Of a DNA stretch of 64,000 nt, positions 29,330 through 39,800 are shown piece by piece. Both the position numbers and the translations under genes were made by a program. The notes under the pieces were generated by a model, which saw nothing but the letters and a program-made list of their open reading frames with translations, searched no databases and was not told the origin of the DNA. Every line of letters begins with the position of its first letter. The first letter of the stretch is position 1. This DNA is from Nitrosopumilus sp. (GTDB taxonomy: Archaea; Thermoproteota; Nitrososphaeria; Nitrososphaerales; Nitrosopumilaceae): positions 1 through 64,000 of the forward strand of contig OZ243974.1 of NCBI GenBank assembly GCA_965214775.1. Direction: 5' to 3'.

Positions 29330-30388
29330 TCTATTGTACGAAAAGTCGGTCCGCCTAGGATCAGGAGGACAATAGCGGACTATTTTAGGCTGTACCGATC
29401 ACGAAAAACCATGAAAAAAATACTGACAGAAGAGTCACGGCAGTACCTAGTAAGACAGTGCAAGAAAGGCGTCGCGTCCTCCAAGATAGCAAAGGATCTG
29501 AACATCACGGCAAGGCACGTAAGGAGGCTGTGGGCCCGGTTCCAGGCAGCAGGTACGACGCGCGTGAAAATGGGCAGGCCGCATGTCCCGTTCACAGCCG
29601 CCCAGATACGTCTGGTGACCGGGACGCACGAGGGCGAACCGACAGGCGTACTGCGCACCGCAGGCAGGCTGAGGCACAATCACAATACAAGCTACCGTGC
29701 AGTATACCGCATAATGAAGAAGAACGGCCTAGTGGTTCCGTCTGCGGCAAAATCAAAAAAGAGGGGATACGTCCGCTTTGAGCGCAAATACTCCAACGCG
29801 ATGTGGCATGTGGACTGGCATGAAATGAAGGATCCGCGCCTAAAGGGACTCAACCTAGTCACGTATCTTGACGATGCCTCAAGGTGCATTACGGGGGCCG
29901 CACTATTTGAGCATGCCACCTCTGAGAACGCCGTAATGACACTCAGGCTGGCGATCGAGAGGTTTGGCACGCCTGCATCCATACTGTCTGACAATGGCTC
30001 GTGCTTTGTAGGACAGAACGGCAGAAAAAAGGCGGCCTCCAAAGGCGGCACCGGCATGGGGACGTGGCAGCCCACGCTCTTTGAGAAGGAGCTGCTTACA
30101 CGGGACATCATCCTGATAAACACCGGGCCCTGCCACCCGCAGACCAACGGCAAGCTGGAGAGGTTCCACGGCAGCATAGAGGCCGAAATCCACCACTACG
30201 AGAGCCTAGCAGCATACATGGAATACTATAACGAGCGCAGGCTGCACTTTGCACTGGATATCGACAGATGCGAGACGCCGCTGCAGGCCTTTTTGGCAGG
30301 GGAGGCCACAGATGCGATCAGGAAAAGCGACCCAAAATGGATGGAGAGGGACATCAATGACTAACGAACCTAATTTTCATATAACACA
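29330..30388 (+). mobile_element. IS481-family element D
   Basis: Ends tctattgtacgaaaagtcggtccgc and rc tgtgttatatgaaaattaggttcg. Confidence 0.9.
29411..30364 (+). CDS. IS481-family transposase (intact ORF)
   Basis: WHVDWH, LDDASR, LSDNG, PQTNGKLERF. Confidence 0.92.
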   Translation: MKKILTEESRQYLVRQCKKGVASSKIAKDLNITARHVRRLWARFQAAGTTRVKMGRPHVPFTAAQIRLVTGTHEGEPTGVLRTAGRLRHNHNTSYRAVYRIMKKNGLVVPSAAKSKKRGYVRFERKYSNAMWHVDWHEMKDPRLKGLNLVTYLDDASRCITGAALFEHATSENAVMTLRLAIERFGTPASILSDNGSCFVGQNGRKKAASKGGTGMGTWQPTLFEKELLTRDIILINTGPCHPQTNGKLERFHGSIEAEIHHYESLAAYMEYYNERRLHFALDIDRCETPLQAFLAGEATDAIRKSDPKWMERDIND

Positions 30389-30441
30389 AGTAAAACCTTT
30401 TTTGGTAAGGCTTATAATCGTGAGAAATAGCTCCAAAACAC

Positions 30442-30756
30442 ATGACAGAATTCATACCAATTTCAGAAGCAAAAAAAATGCGTAGTGGAATTAATGTAAA
30501 AGCCGAAGTTAAGAGCAAAGGAGATGTTAGAAATGTGAATCTTAAAAGTGGAGGAACAATAAATGTCTGTGATGTAATTATTGCTGACGCTGAAACTGAT
30601 GATGACCAGATGAAACTGACATTGTGGGGCGACGACATACAAAAAGTCGATGTTGGAAACACAGTAGCCATTACAAACGGATATGCCAATGAATTCAAAG
30701 GAGAAATTTCCTTAACCAAGGGCAAATTTGGTCAAATGGAAGTAAATCCTCAATAA
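30442..30756 (+). CDS. ssb: Single-stranded DNA-binding protein (single OB fold)
   Basis: IIAD....MKLTLWG, ITNGY...FKG..SL..GKFG pattern. Confidence 0.88.
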   Translation: MTEFIPISEAKKMRSGINVKAEVKSKGDVRNVNLKSGGTINVCDVIIADAETDDDQMKLTLWGDDIQKVDVGNTVAITNGYANEFKGEISLTKGKFGQMEVNPQ

Positions 30757-31355
30757 TTTCTTTTATTATTTTGACTATTTTTTAAATCGACCAAAAACAC
30801 TATAGCACCAATTATAGATACGAGAATTCCCAAGATTAGCAAAAAGCCTGAAATTACTAGGGGCAAAACAGTATTCATTACAGGAGAATCAGGGTCAGTC
30901 AGCGCTGCAAAATTTTCAGGATCTTCAGACAACATCAGAACCACAGTGAGAGGTTCAGAGCCAAGATTGGTTATTTCAAAATTAAGAGTGTCTGATTGAA
31001 TTATTTGTAGCAACTCAAAAAGAACAGGTTCATCTTGAATAAATGTGCCATACTCGTCACCAAAAATATTTGAAATTTTAATAGACAATTCATCTCCTAG
31101 TTCAAAATCAATGATTTGAATTCCCCACATTAATGGAACATCAGAAGAGAGGGTACTATAAGAGAAAAAAGCAGCGCCATCAGGCATGATTTCCATCTCA
31201 TTTGAAATTTCATCAAACATTTCTTCAAAAAGAGCAGATATTGAAAAACCGCTAGGGCCTGCAACACTGGATGGGACTATAGTGGCAGCAACAGATGCAG
31301 AAATTAAAATCATGGCAATTCCAGAAAATGCGACAACAGGTCCGCGTTTTATCAT
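30750..31355 (-). CDS. Membrane-anchored hypothetical protein
   Basis: N- and C-terminal hydrophobic segments around an acidic domain. Confidence 0.8.
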   Translation of the reverse strand: MIKRGPVVAFSGIAMILISASVAATIVPSSVAGPSGFSISALFEEMFDEISNEMEIMPDGAAFFSYSTLSSDVPLMWGIQIIDFELGDELSIKISNIFGDEYGTFIQDEPVLFELLQIIQSDTLNFEITNLGSEPLTVVLMLSEDPENFAALTDPDSPVMNTVLPLVISGFLLILGILVSIIGAIVFLVDLKNSQNNKRNY

Positions 31356-31410
31356 TGTAAAATCATAGGATTAGACCCACATTAATGTTAGATTAAGGGT
31401 TGCAGAAATT

Positions 31411-32433
31411 TTAACGACGGGATTTTTTTGCCGGCTTTCTTTTGGTTGCAGCCTTTGGTTTCTTTGGAGCAGTCTGCTTTGATGGTTTTCTTTTGGTTGC
31501 AGCCTTTGGTTTCTTTGGAGCAGTCTGCTTTGATGGTTTTCTTTTGGTTGCAGCCTTTGGTTTCTTTGGAGCAGTCTGCTTTGATGGTTTTCTTTTGGTT
31601 GCAGCCTTTGGTTTCTTTGGTGGTGTAGCCTGCTTTGGTTTCTTTGGTGGTGTAGCCTGCTTTGGTTTCTTTGGTGGTGTAGCCTGCTTTGGTTTCTTTG
31701 GTGGTGTAGCCTGCTTTGGTTTCTTTGGTGGTGTAGCCTGCTTTGGTTTCTTTGGTGGTGTAGCCTGCTTTGGTTTCTTTCTTTTAACGGCTTTTCTTTT
31801 TGCCAAAAGTTCCTTTAATTTTGCAGATGCCTCATCAAGCGTTTTCTGAGTCGATGCTTCGGACTTTAATCGTCTTTCAACTTCCTTGACAAATTTTTCT
31901 GCTGCCTTGTGACTAGCAACCATTGTCTCCCTTAGAGAAGGCTTTAATTTGGTTTGTTTTTGAATGTTGGATGAAATTTTTGATTTAATGTCAGAAATTG
32001 ATTCTGCTTCGGCAGAAATCTTTTTTGCAGTTTTCTGGCGATTCCTGATTTCCAATTCAAGTTCTGCCACATGATTGCCAAGTGAACGTAATCTGGCCTC
32101 GGCATTCTGTTTTTCTTCTGGAGAATCGGCAAATTCAATCTCCTGTCGGGCTTGTTCCATGGCATCTTTTTCCCTCCCCAGCCTCTCCTGGGCTGCTGCA
32201 ACAAGTCTTTTGATGCTTTCAAGCTGAGAGGTTTTTTGAGTCAGAACTGCCAAGATATCAGAGATGTTTTCACGTTCAGATTCAATTTTTCTATCAATAG
32301 TGACTAGGCCTGATGAAGAACGTCTTTGAGCAGAACGGGCCTCCTTTAGCTGCTTTTCAGCCTTTTTTCGCAATTTTGTAGATTCTTGCTTTTTTTGTCG
32401 CAGTTGGACTACCAGTTTTTCCAGGGATGCCAC
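31411..32433 (-). CDS. Coiled-coil protein with histone H1-like Lys/Pro/Ala-rich repeat tail
   Basis: Heptad-rich N-terminus; KKPKQATPP x6 and KKPKAATKRKPSKQTAP x3. Confidence 0.85.
   Translation of the reverse strand: MASLEKLVVQLRQKKQESTKLRKKAEKQLKEARSAQRRSSSGLVTIDRKIESERENISDILAVLTQKTSQLESIKRLVAAAQERLGREKDAMEQARQEIEFADSPEEKQNAEARLRSLGNHVAELELEIRNRQKTAKKISAEAESISDIKSKISSNIQKQTKLKPSLRETMVASHKAAEKFVKEVERRLKSEASTQKTLDEASAKLKELLAKRKAVKRKKPKQATPPKKPKQATPPKKPKQATPPKKPKQATPPKKPKQATPPKKPKQATPPKKPKAATKRKPSKQTAPKKPKAATKRKPSKQTAPKKPKAATKRKPSKQTAPKKPKAATKRKPAKKSRR
31434..31780. repeat. Coding tandem repeats (27-bp unit x6 plus a longer unit x3)
   Basis: Perfect DNA-level repetition of tttggtttctttggtggtgtagcctgc and related units. 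Confidence 0.92.
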
Positions 32434-32568
32434 AATTAAATCAAAGCAGGGACTCGGTTAAGTTGTTAACATAATAAGGATTTGACTTACCAGTTAACAA
32501 AATTAACCAATTTTGATCGCAAAATCCCATTTTTTAAAAAATATTAGCAGACACATCCCACAAACAGC

Positions 32569-32883
32569 ATGGAAGAGTTCCATCCCAAAGACTTGCCAGT
32601 TTCAAGAACCTATGATCTCAAGGACGAAAAGGATGCCAGTGATGCGGTTGCCGACATGGTAAAACTTGGCTTCAAAAACAGAAAAGACGGGTTTAGAGTC
32701 CTAATGCCAAAAGAGGCAAAGCTTGCAAAGAGAATGGGGTATGTAGTGACCACCGGAGTAACACACGGGCTAAGACAGGTAAACGAAGAAAGAGACATCA
32801 GATACTGGACGTATCATCATGATGACGATCATTATGCAATTGTGCTGATCAGCAACTCAGTGCTGGCTGGGCTAGGTTTTTGA
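32569..32883 (+). CDS. Hypothetical protein
   Basis: Intact ATG ORF with host-like composition. Confidence 0.8.
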   Translation: MEEFHPKDLPVSRTYDLKDEKDASDAVADMVKLGFKNRKDGFRVLMPKEAKLAKRMGYVVTTGVTHGLRQVNEERDIRYWTYHHDDDHYAIVLISNSVLAGLGF

Positions 32884-33540
32884 TTTGTCAAGAATTTTGT
32901 AAAGTCTCGTCCTTTTTGCCATTACCCCTGCAAGCATTGCCCCAACTACCGTACCTCCGATTACGTCCATCGGATAGTGCTCCAGAACATAGAGTCTGCT
33001 CGTCGAGATCAGCAAGGGATACAGGAACATCAGATATGCCCCATTGGGAAACCTTTGGGAAAGCGCATATCCCAGGATTATTGCAAATATCATAGACCGT
33101 GCTGCATGGCCTGAAGGATAGGATGCGTCAAATCCGCCCTCACAAAAAAGAGCAAAGGTATCCTTGCTCAAAGGCACCGGAAACGGTACAACCTCATAGT
33201 CAAGTCCTGGACGGTCACGGTCAACCCCGCATTTGATGTAGCCTGTCAGCAGCGTCGAGAGAACTATCAGGATCATCAGGGTAATTCCCACCCTGCGTGT
33301 CTTAGGGATGATCAACGTCAAAATGCCAAAACCGAGCATCCACAAAGCCTCGCCACTTTCGGTGATTGATTGCATCATCAGATCAGCTGCAGGATTGCCA
33401 GAAACGCCAGAAAAGAACCGCACCACACTTTGATCAAAACTTTCAGTCACTTGATAGTACACAAGCCCGGTCAAAACTAAAAACAGAATCGTCAGCAAAA
33501 CAAACGGACGCGACCTTAAATCAAAAATCCAGTTTTGCAA
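32872..33540 (-). CDS. PAP2-family membrane phosphatase
   Basis: K......RP, YPSGH, SRLYVLEHYPMDV. Confidence 0.93.
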   Translation of the reverse strand: MQNWIFDLRSRPFVLLTILFLVLTGLVYYQVTESFDQSVVRFFSGVSGNPAADLMMQSITESGEALWMLGFGILTLIIPKTRRVGITLMILIVLSTLLTGYIKCGVDRDRPGLDYEVVPFPVPLSKDTFALFCEGGFDASYPSGHAARSMIFAIILGYALSQRFPNGAYLMFLYPLLISTSRLYVLEHYPMDVIGGTVVGAMLAGVMAKRTRLYKILDKSKT

Positions 33541-33700
33541 TCAACCAAACCCCAAGTACGTGTCATTTAATTTTATCAGTAGATAAATTTTCAGATATTT
33601 GCTGCCCGCCGGCTGGTTTGCCGGCTGTCTCAAATTCATTTTCACAGAACGGTTCTGATCGGCTCAAAAGAATATTAACCAAGTGTACGATAGAAAAGGC

Positions 33701-34912
33701 GTGAAGGTGCTCACACTAGACGACTTTGACCTAAAAGGCAAGACTGTTTTTTTGAGAGTGGACATGAATTGTCCGATTGACCAAGAGACAAAGGAGATAT
33801 CAGGAACCAAGCGAATCGAGGAGGCAATTGAGACATTAAAAGCATTGGAGAAGGCCAGAGTTGTGGTGGCTTCCCACCAGGGAAGAGTCGGAAACAACGA
33901 GTATACGGGAATGGACAAGCATGCAAAAGTCCTAGAGAAGCTGATGAATAAAAAGATAAAATATGTCGAAGACGTAATCGGAGAAGCCGCACAAAACGCA
34001 ATCAAAAATTTAAAAGACGGAGACATCCTGCTGTTGGACAATCTCCGGCTATGCGCTGAGGAAAATTACGAGTTTGCGCCAGAGAACGCTACAAAGACAA
34101 TGATGGTCTCACGGCTGTTCAAACTGTTTGATCTTTGCGTGCTGGATTCGTTTCCCAGTGCGCACAGATCGCATCCGTCAATAGTTGGATTTGCCCAGGT
34201 TCTTCCGGCCTGTGCGGGACGAATCGTGGAAAGGGAAGTCAGGAATCTTGACGAGATAATGACAGTTGCCAAAGCACCGCACGTAATTGTCCTTGGAGGC
34301 TCCAAGGTATCTGACAGGCTAGAGTCCATAAAACTGCTCATTGAAAATGGGCGCGCCGACCACGTTTTGCTTACAGGGCTGATAGGAAACGTCTTCATGC
34401 GTGCCCAAGCAAGAATAAAGTCGCCTTTGGGAATCAAAAGAGAGGAGGAAGTAGTTGCCAAAGCACATGCCCTGATCGGCGAATACCCGGATGTTTTTGC
34501 AGCTCCAGTCGACATTGCAATTGACAAGGATGGAGAGAGGATCGAGATGGACGTCAGGGAGATGGGCAAGGAGGACAAGATATATGATCTGGGACCTAAA
34601 ACCGTAGAATACTATTCAAGACTGATTGCCGGCGCCGGTACCGTCTTTATCAGCGGGCCGGCAGGATTCTTTGAGAAGGAAAACTTTAGCTATGGAACAA
34701 AAGAGCTGCTTTGCTCTGTTGCAAATTCAATGGCAACAACGATTGTGAGCGGCGGACATTTAACGACTGCGTTAAAACAGCAGGGCCTGGCAGGCAAGAT
34801 CGACCACATCAGTACTGCGGGAGGAGCCCTGGTTTTGTATCTTACCGGAGAAAAGCTGCCGATGATAAAGGCCTTGGAGGATGCGGCGGCCAGATACAGA
34901 TCTAGAGAGTAG
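33701..34912 (+). CDS. pgk: Phosphoglycerate kinase
   Basis: LRVDMNCP, SHQGR, AHRSHPS, LGGSK, HISTAGGA. Confidence 0.97.
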   Translation: MKVLTLDDFDLKGKTVFLRVDMNCPIDQETKEISGTKRIEEAIETLKALEKARVVVASHQGRVGNNEYTGMDKHAKVLEKLMNKKIKYVEDVIGEAAQNAIKNLKDGDILLLDNLRLCAEENYEFAPENATKTMMVSRLFKLFDLCVLDSFPSAHRSHPSIVGFAQVLPACAGRIVEREVRNLDEIMTVAKAPHVIVLGGSKVSDRLESIKLLIENGRADHVLLTGLIGNVFMRAQARIKSPLGIKREEEVVAKAHALIGEYPDVFAAPVDIAIDKDGERIEMDVREMGKEDKIYDLGPKTVEYYSRLIAGAGTVFISGPAGFFEKENFSYGTKELLCSVANSMATTIVSGGHLTTALKQQGLAGKIDHISTAGGALVLYLTGEKLPMIKALEDAAARYRSRE

Positions 34913-35255
34913 ACTTGCACGACGGATGCGGACATACTCTTTCTTCAAAAGCCCCCAGATGGACGTCATTCCCACAGGCATCACAGTGCAGTTGTTCCAC
35001 GGGATCAAAGAGTTTCAGCCAGATGGTGGTAAAGTTCTGGGCGATGTTTCTTGCCAGACCAGAGTCGCAGATTTCATTGATGAAAGGTTCGGTGTCATCA
35101 ATTGTCCAGGAGGGATCAACGTCGCCGTTGGATTTTAAAATTTCAAAGATCTCATCATTTGTGAATTTTGCATCAACGTCATTGAATTTTTCAAAGATTA
35201 TTCTTCTGATTTGAAGCGCAATGGGTGTCAGAGGAGCAAAATTATCCGCCGTCAT
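34902..35255 (-). CDS. Hypothetical protein with C-terminal Zn ribbon
   Basis: Follows sufU directly; CDAC...CPHPSC. Confidence 0.8.
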   Translation of the reverse strand: MTADNFAPLTPIALQIRRIIFEKFNDVDAKFTNDEIFEILKSNGDVDPSWTIDDTEPFINEICDSGLARNIAQNFTTIWLKLFDPVEQLHCDACGNDVHLGAFEERVCPHPSCKSTL

Positions 35256-35256
35256 G

Positions 35257-35700
35257 TCAGTACATGTTTTTCGCTTCTTCTTTTAGCTTGTCTATATCCC
35301 CTGCGTCCCTGAGATGCTTGGCCAGATAGGTATACAGTGCGGATTTCAGGACCTTCAAAGAGAGCAGGGCGCATTTGATTCGGACTGCCTGAAGATGCTC
35401 CAAGCCCAGCTCGCCTAGAATGTCGTTCTTTTCAATATTTCTGACCTCGTCAAGACTCTTGCCCTTGGCAATTTCGGTCAGGACAGAGGAGCATGCCATG
35501 CAGATTGCGCAGCCCTTTCCATGGAACTTGATGTCAGAGACCCTGTTCCCGTCAATTTTCATATCAATGTCAATGCTGTCTCCGCATAACGGATTTGCGT
35601 CATGAAAGGTTACGTCGCAGTCCTCGATTTGTCCATAGTTGGCAGGGTTTCTCGAATAGTCAATTATCATCTCATGATAAATGTCTGCATTGCCAGTCAT
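35257..35700 (-). CDS. sufU: Fe-S scaffold/sulfur-transfer protein SufU/IscU
   Basis: NPLCGD, GCAIC, RIKCALL. Confidence 0.93.
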   Translation of the reverse strand: MTGNADIYHEMIIDYSRNPANYGQIEDCDVTFHDANPLCGDSIDIDMKIDGNRVSDIKFHGKGCAICMACSSVLTEIAKGKSLDEVRNIEKNDILGELGLEHLQAVRIKCALLSLKVLKSALYTYLAKHLRDAGDIDKLKEEAKNMY

Positions 35701-36941
35701 AACTTGAACACCCTTGCCACCTTATTTAGCGAGTCAACCAGCATGTCAACGTCTTTTCTTGTGTTGTAGATGTAAAAGCTGGCCCTCGATGTGGCTGCAA
35801 TGTTCAGTCTTTCCATCAGCACCTGTGCGCAGTGATGACCGGATCTGACTGCAATGCCGTCCTCATCGATAATTTGTGCAACGTCGTGAGGATGGACGTC
35901 TGCAAAATTAAACGAGATCACCCCGCCTCTCTTGGAAATGTCCTTTGTTCCGTAGATATGAAGCCCCTTGACTTGAGACAGCTTCTCGATTGCATACCTT
36001 GTTAGCTCGACTTCGTGCTGCCTTACATTCTCCATTCCGATTTTTGCAAGATAGTCAACGGCGGCCCCAAACCCCACAACATCGGCAATGTTGGGGGTTC
36101 CTGCCTCAAACTTGTATGGCAGGTCATTCCACGTAGTTTCATACTTGTGAACTTCCCTGATCATGTCCCCTCCCCCGTGAAACGGACCCATTGTTTCAAG
36201 GATTGGCCTTCGAGCCCACAAAACGCCGATTCCGGTGGGGCCCAGCATCTTGTGGCCTGAGAACGCAAAAAAGTCACAGTCAAGCTCCTCGATGTCAACT
36301 TTCATATGAGGTACTGCCTGCGCGCCGTCAATCAGGGTAGGCACGCCTGCGGCCTTGCATTTTTCAACAATTTTTTGAGCATCAGTGATTGTCCCCAATA
36401 CGTTGGACATCAGGCTGAATGCAACAAGCCTGACTCTTCCCGTTGCAAGGAATCCATCCAAATCATCAAGAATCAGCTCGCCATCATCATCCATTCGGAT
36501 ATACTCAATTTTGGCGCCCTTTTCTTGCGTCAGCAGCTGCCATGGAACGATATTGCTGTGATGCTCGTATTCAGTCGTAAGTATGATGTCGTCTTCCCTG
36601 ACATGAGGCCGTCCCCATGCATAGGCAACCAGATTAATTGCCTCAGTGGTGCCTCGAACGAAGATTATTTCTTGACGATTTTTGATGTTGACAAAACTTG
36701 CAATTTTGTCCCTGGCTGACTCGTATGCCTCTGTTGCCTCCTCGGCCAATGCGTAAACTGCCCTGTGAATGTTCGCATTGTGGTTTCTGTAATAGTCATT
36801 TATCGAGTCAATCACCTGGTCTGGCTTTTGCGTAGTTGACGCGTTGTCAAGATAGACAAGCGGCTTGTTTTCCCTGACGGTTCTTTGAAGAATTGGAAAG
36901 TCTTTTCTCAGGTTTTCAAACAATGATTCGGTGCTTTGCAA
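35697..36941 (-). CDS. sufS: Cysteine desulfurase SufS
   Basis: YLDNASTTQKP, EHHSN, SGHKMLGPTG, RSGHHCA. Confidence 0.96.
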   Translation of the reverse strand: MQSTESLFENLRKDFPILQRTVRENKPLVYLDNASTTQKPDQVIDSINDYYRNHNANIHRAVYALAEEATEAYESARDKIASFVNIKNRQEIIFVRGTTEAINLVAYAWGRPHVREDDIILTTEYEHHSNIVPWQLLTQEKGAKIEYIRMDDDGELILDDLDGFLATGRVRLVAFSLMSNVLGTITDAQKIVEKCKAAGVPTLIDGAQAVPHMKVDIEELDCDFFAFSGHKMLGPTGIGVLWARRPILETMGPFHGGGDMIREVHKYETTWNDLPYKFEAGTPNIADVVGFGAAVDYLAKIGMENVRQHEVELTRYAIEKLSQVKGLHIYGTKDISKRGGVISFNFADVHPHDVAQIIDEDGIAVRSGHHCAQVLMERLNIAATSRASFYIYNTRKDVDMLVDSLNKVARVFKL

Positions 36942-36957
36942 GATTTTTCAACTCCAA

Positions 36958-38355
36958 TTACCGGTACTTGTAGTGCTGTTCGATTTCAGCATCCTCGTTG
37001 TATCGAGTTTCCTCAACTTCAACAAACTTTGCTAATTCCTCATCCGTATTAATTGTAAGTTCGCGGTTTTCCCACTTGGATTCAACAAGGTAGGCAATCC
37101 AGGCGCGCACCTGAAACGACATTTTTCTTGACAGGGGTTCCAGGAATCCCTCTACGATGGTCCGTTCAGCCTCCTGATGGCTCAGACATCTTGATTTCAG
37201 ATAAAATATTTGCTCTTCGTCAATTTGTGCAACGGATGCAGAGTGAGTGGCCTTTACATCATTTGTCAGAATCTCAAGGCCGGGAATGGCGTCAGATTTT
37301 GCATTCTTGTCCAGCAGTATCGAGCGCCCGGACAGGAAAGAGTTTGATTTTGCGGCGTTTTCCCTGATTCTGATCATGCCCTTGAAGAGAGATTTTGAGC
37401 GATTTCGCAGGATGGATTTTTCTACGACCCTTCCTTCAGTGGCAGGGCTTTGGTGATTCATATTTGTTTGAATGTCAAAGTGCTGGTCATTGTTTCCAAA
37501 AACAACCTCGGATTCGTTAGATGATGCGCCTGCCCCGTTCAAAAAGTAGTCGATTTTGTACCTGGACAGGACTGAGCCAAACAGGCCAGAATACCAGTTT
37601 ACCTTTGCATCCTGTGCCATGTCAGTTCTTCTGGTTGAAAAGTTGACCGAACTTTGATCCATCATCTGAAGGGTAGTTATGTCAAGCTGTGCGTTTGCCG
37701 CAACGTTTGTGTTGAGAAGTTCAAGATATGCCTGCTGCAAATCAGTCTTCGGGGAATACAGCTCTTGAACGACAGATGCCCTGCTGCCTTCGTCTGCAAA
37801 GATGATGTTTCTTGAGATTGTGGACAGTCCGTCATCAGACAGGCATGACAAGAAATGAATCGGTTTTTCCAAAGCAAGGTTCTTTGGAACGTGGATAATT
37901 ACGCCGGAGTTAAAGGCCGCGTTGTTCAGGGCGGTGAATTTATCATCATTGGAGTTTGAGGCCTCTAATGCCTTTCTTACGAGTTCCGGATTGTCCCGTA
38001 TTGCATCATAGACAGATGAGATCACCAGTCCTTTTGATTTCAAGTCGTCAGGAAGGTTGATTTTGTGAACGTTGGTTCCGATTTGGACGATACAGACCTC
38101 GTTTTCCAGCTCGCCGAGTCTTTTTTGAAGAAATTCAGGAACAGAGTCCCTTGTGGAATGTGCAATTGAGATTTTTTCAGGGTTGAGTCTTTTTGCATCA
38201 GTGTATTTGTTGTATAGTGGAGACATCTCAATTGGAAGGCGGTCATAAACAGAAAGCGAGCTCTTTCTGTAATCCTTTAGCCAGTCAGGCTCGTTTTTTG
38301 ATGAAGAGATTTCATCGATATGTCCTGTGTTGATTTGGGAAAGAGTTTGTGGCAT
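36958..38355 (-). CDS. sufD: Fe-S assembly protein SufD
   Basis: SufBD fold; PGLEILTNDVKATHSASV, FYLKSR. Confidence 0.93.
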   Translation of the reverse strand: MPQTLSQINTGHIDEISSSKNEPDWLKDYRKSSLSVYDRLPIEMSPLYNKYTDAKRLNPEKISIAHSTRDSVPEFLQKRLGELENEVCIVQIGTNVHKINLPDDLKSKGLVISSVYDAIRDNPELVRKALEASNSNDDKFTALNNAAFNSGVIIHVPKNLALEKPIHFLSCLSDDGLSTISRNIIFADEGSRASVVQELYSPKTDLQQAYLELLNTNVAANAQLDITTLQMMDQSSVNFSTRRTDMAQDAKVNWYSGLFGSVLSRYKIDYFLNGAGASSNESEVVFGNNDQHFDIQTNMNHQSPATEGRVVEKSILRNRSKSLFKGMIRIRENAAKSNSFLSGRSILLDKNAKSDAIPGLEILTNDVKATHSASVAQIDEEQIFYLKSRCLSHQEAERTIVEGFLEPLSRKMSFQVRAWIAYLVESKWENRELTINTDEELAKFVEVEETRYNEDAEIEQHYKYR

Positions 38356-38378
38356 GTATAATCAAATTGCAAAGCGGG

Positions 38379-39779
38379 CTATCCTACCGAATCATCCATC
38401 TCTAGTTTGATGAGCCTGTTTAGTTCGACTGCATACTCCATTGGCAACTCTTTTGTGAATGGCTCCATGAATCCGTTGACAATCAGCGACAGGGCGTCTT
38501 CCTCAGAGAATCCCCTGCTCATAAGATAAAAGATCTGCTCATCCCCAATCTTGCCGACTGTGGCCTCGTGGGTGATTGTTGCGTCTTCCTGGTTGATCTC
38601 CATGTACGGGTATGTATCAGTTTTTGACGTATCATCCAAGAGTAAGGCGTCGCATCGTATGGTGGATTTTACGTTTTTGGCGCCTTTTGCCACATTGAGC
38701 AGTCCGCGATATGTAGAACGCCCATCCAGCCTGCTTACAGATTTTGACGTGATTTTGGACGTGGTGTTTGGCGCCAGGTGAACCATTTTTGCGCCTGTGT
38801 CCTGATGCTGCCCTTTTCCTGCAAACGCAATGGAAAGAGTCTCGCCGTAAGCGCGTTCGCCCATCAGGTAGATGCCCGGATATTTCATGGTCAGCCTGCT
38901 TCCAATGTTCCCGTCAATCCATTCAACGGTTGCGCCTTCATATGCATATGCCCTCTTTGTAACAAGATTGTAAACGTCGTTGCTCCAATTCTGAATTGTG
39001 GTGTATCTTAGATGTGCGTCCTTGTGTGCAACAAGTTCCACGACTGCAGAGTGAAGGGATTCAGACGAGTAAACTGGGGCAGTGCATCCTTCTATATAAT
39101 GCACGTCTGCACCCTCGTCTACAACGATTAGAGTTCTTTCGAACTGGCCGATGTTTTCTGCGTTAATCCTAAAGTATGCCTGCAATGGCATATCAACTTT
39201 GACGCCGGGTGGAACGTAGATAAAAGAGCCGCCACTCCACACCGCGCTGTTAAGTGCCGCAAACTTGTTGTCCTCAGGAGGGATTATTTTGCCAAAGTAT
39301 TTCTTGAAAATTTCAGGATGTTCTTTTAGTGCAGAGTCAGTATCCAAAAAGAGGACGCCCTGTTTTTGCAGATCCTCTCTCAAGTTGTGATATACGACCT
39401 CGGATTCATACTGTGCGCCGACGCCTGCAAGGAACTTCTTTTCGGCTTCGGGAATTCCCAATTTATCAAACGTGTTTTTGACATCCTCAGGGACGTCATC
39501 CCAGTTCTTTTCTGTTTTTTCAGATGCCTTTGCGTAATAGTAGATGTTTTGAAAGTCAATAACGCCAAGATTCCCTCCCCAGGTTGGCATCGGTTTTTTC
39601 ATAAAAATTTCATACGAACGCAATCTAAAATCAAGCATCCATTGCGGCTCTTCTTTCATTTTGCTGATGCCAATTACCGTGTCCCTGGTCAGGCCCTTCT
39701 TGCTGAGGTGGACATACATTTCTGTAGAGTCCTTAAAGTCATATTTTGAATAATCCATGTCCAGATTTTCAGTTGCCAT
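38379..39779 (-). CDS. sufB: Fe-S assembly protein SufB
   Basis: [32 protein letters not shown]. Confidence 0.97.
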   Translation of the reverse strand: MATENLDMDYSKYDFKDSTEMYVHLSKKGLTRDTVIGISKMKEEPQWMLDFRLRSYEIFMKKPMPTWGGNLGVIDFQNIYYYAKASEKTEKNWDDVPEDVKNTFDKLGIPEAEKKFLAGVGAQYESEVVYHNLREDLQKQGVLFLDTDSALKEHPEIFKKYFGKIIPPEDNKFAALNSAVWSGGSFIYVPPGVKVDMPLQAYFRINAENIGQFERTLIVVDEGADVHYIEGCTAPVYSSESLHSAVVELVAHKDAHLRYTTIQNWSNDVYNLVTKRAYAYEGATVEWIDGNIGSRLTMKYPGIYLMGERAYGETLSIAFAGKGQHQDTGAKMVHLAPNTTSKITSKSVSRLDGRSTYRGLLNVAKGAKNVKSTIRCDALLLDDTSKTDTYPYMEINQEDATITHEATVGKIGDEQIFYLMSRGFSEEDALSLIVNGFMEPFTKELPMEYAVELNRLIKLEMDDSVG

Positions 39780-39800
39780 GAGTAAAATAACTCCGTTATA

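Noticed and set aside
22454-30388. Island integrated at tRNA-Leu
   Set aside because: No integrase and no duplicated tRNA 3' end seen; the IS cluster lies on the 5' side of the tRNA.
31428-31849. Hydrophobic repeat membrane proteins on the plus strand
   Set aside because: Antisense of the Lys-rich repeat tail.
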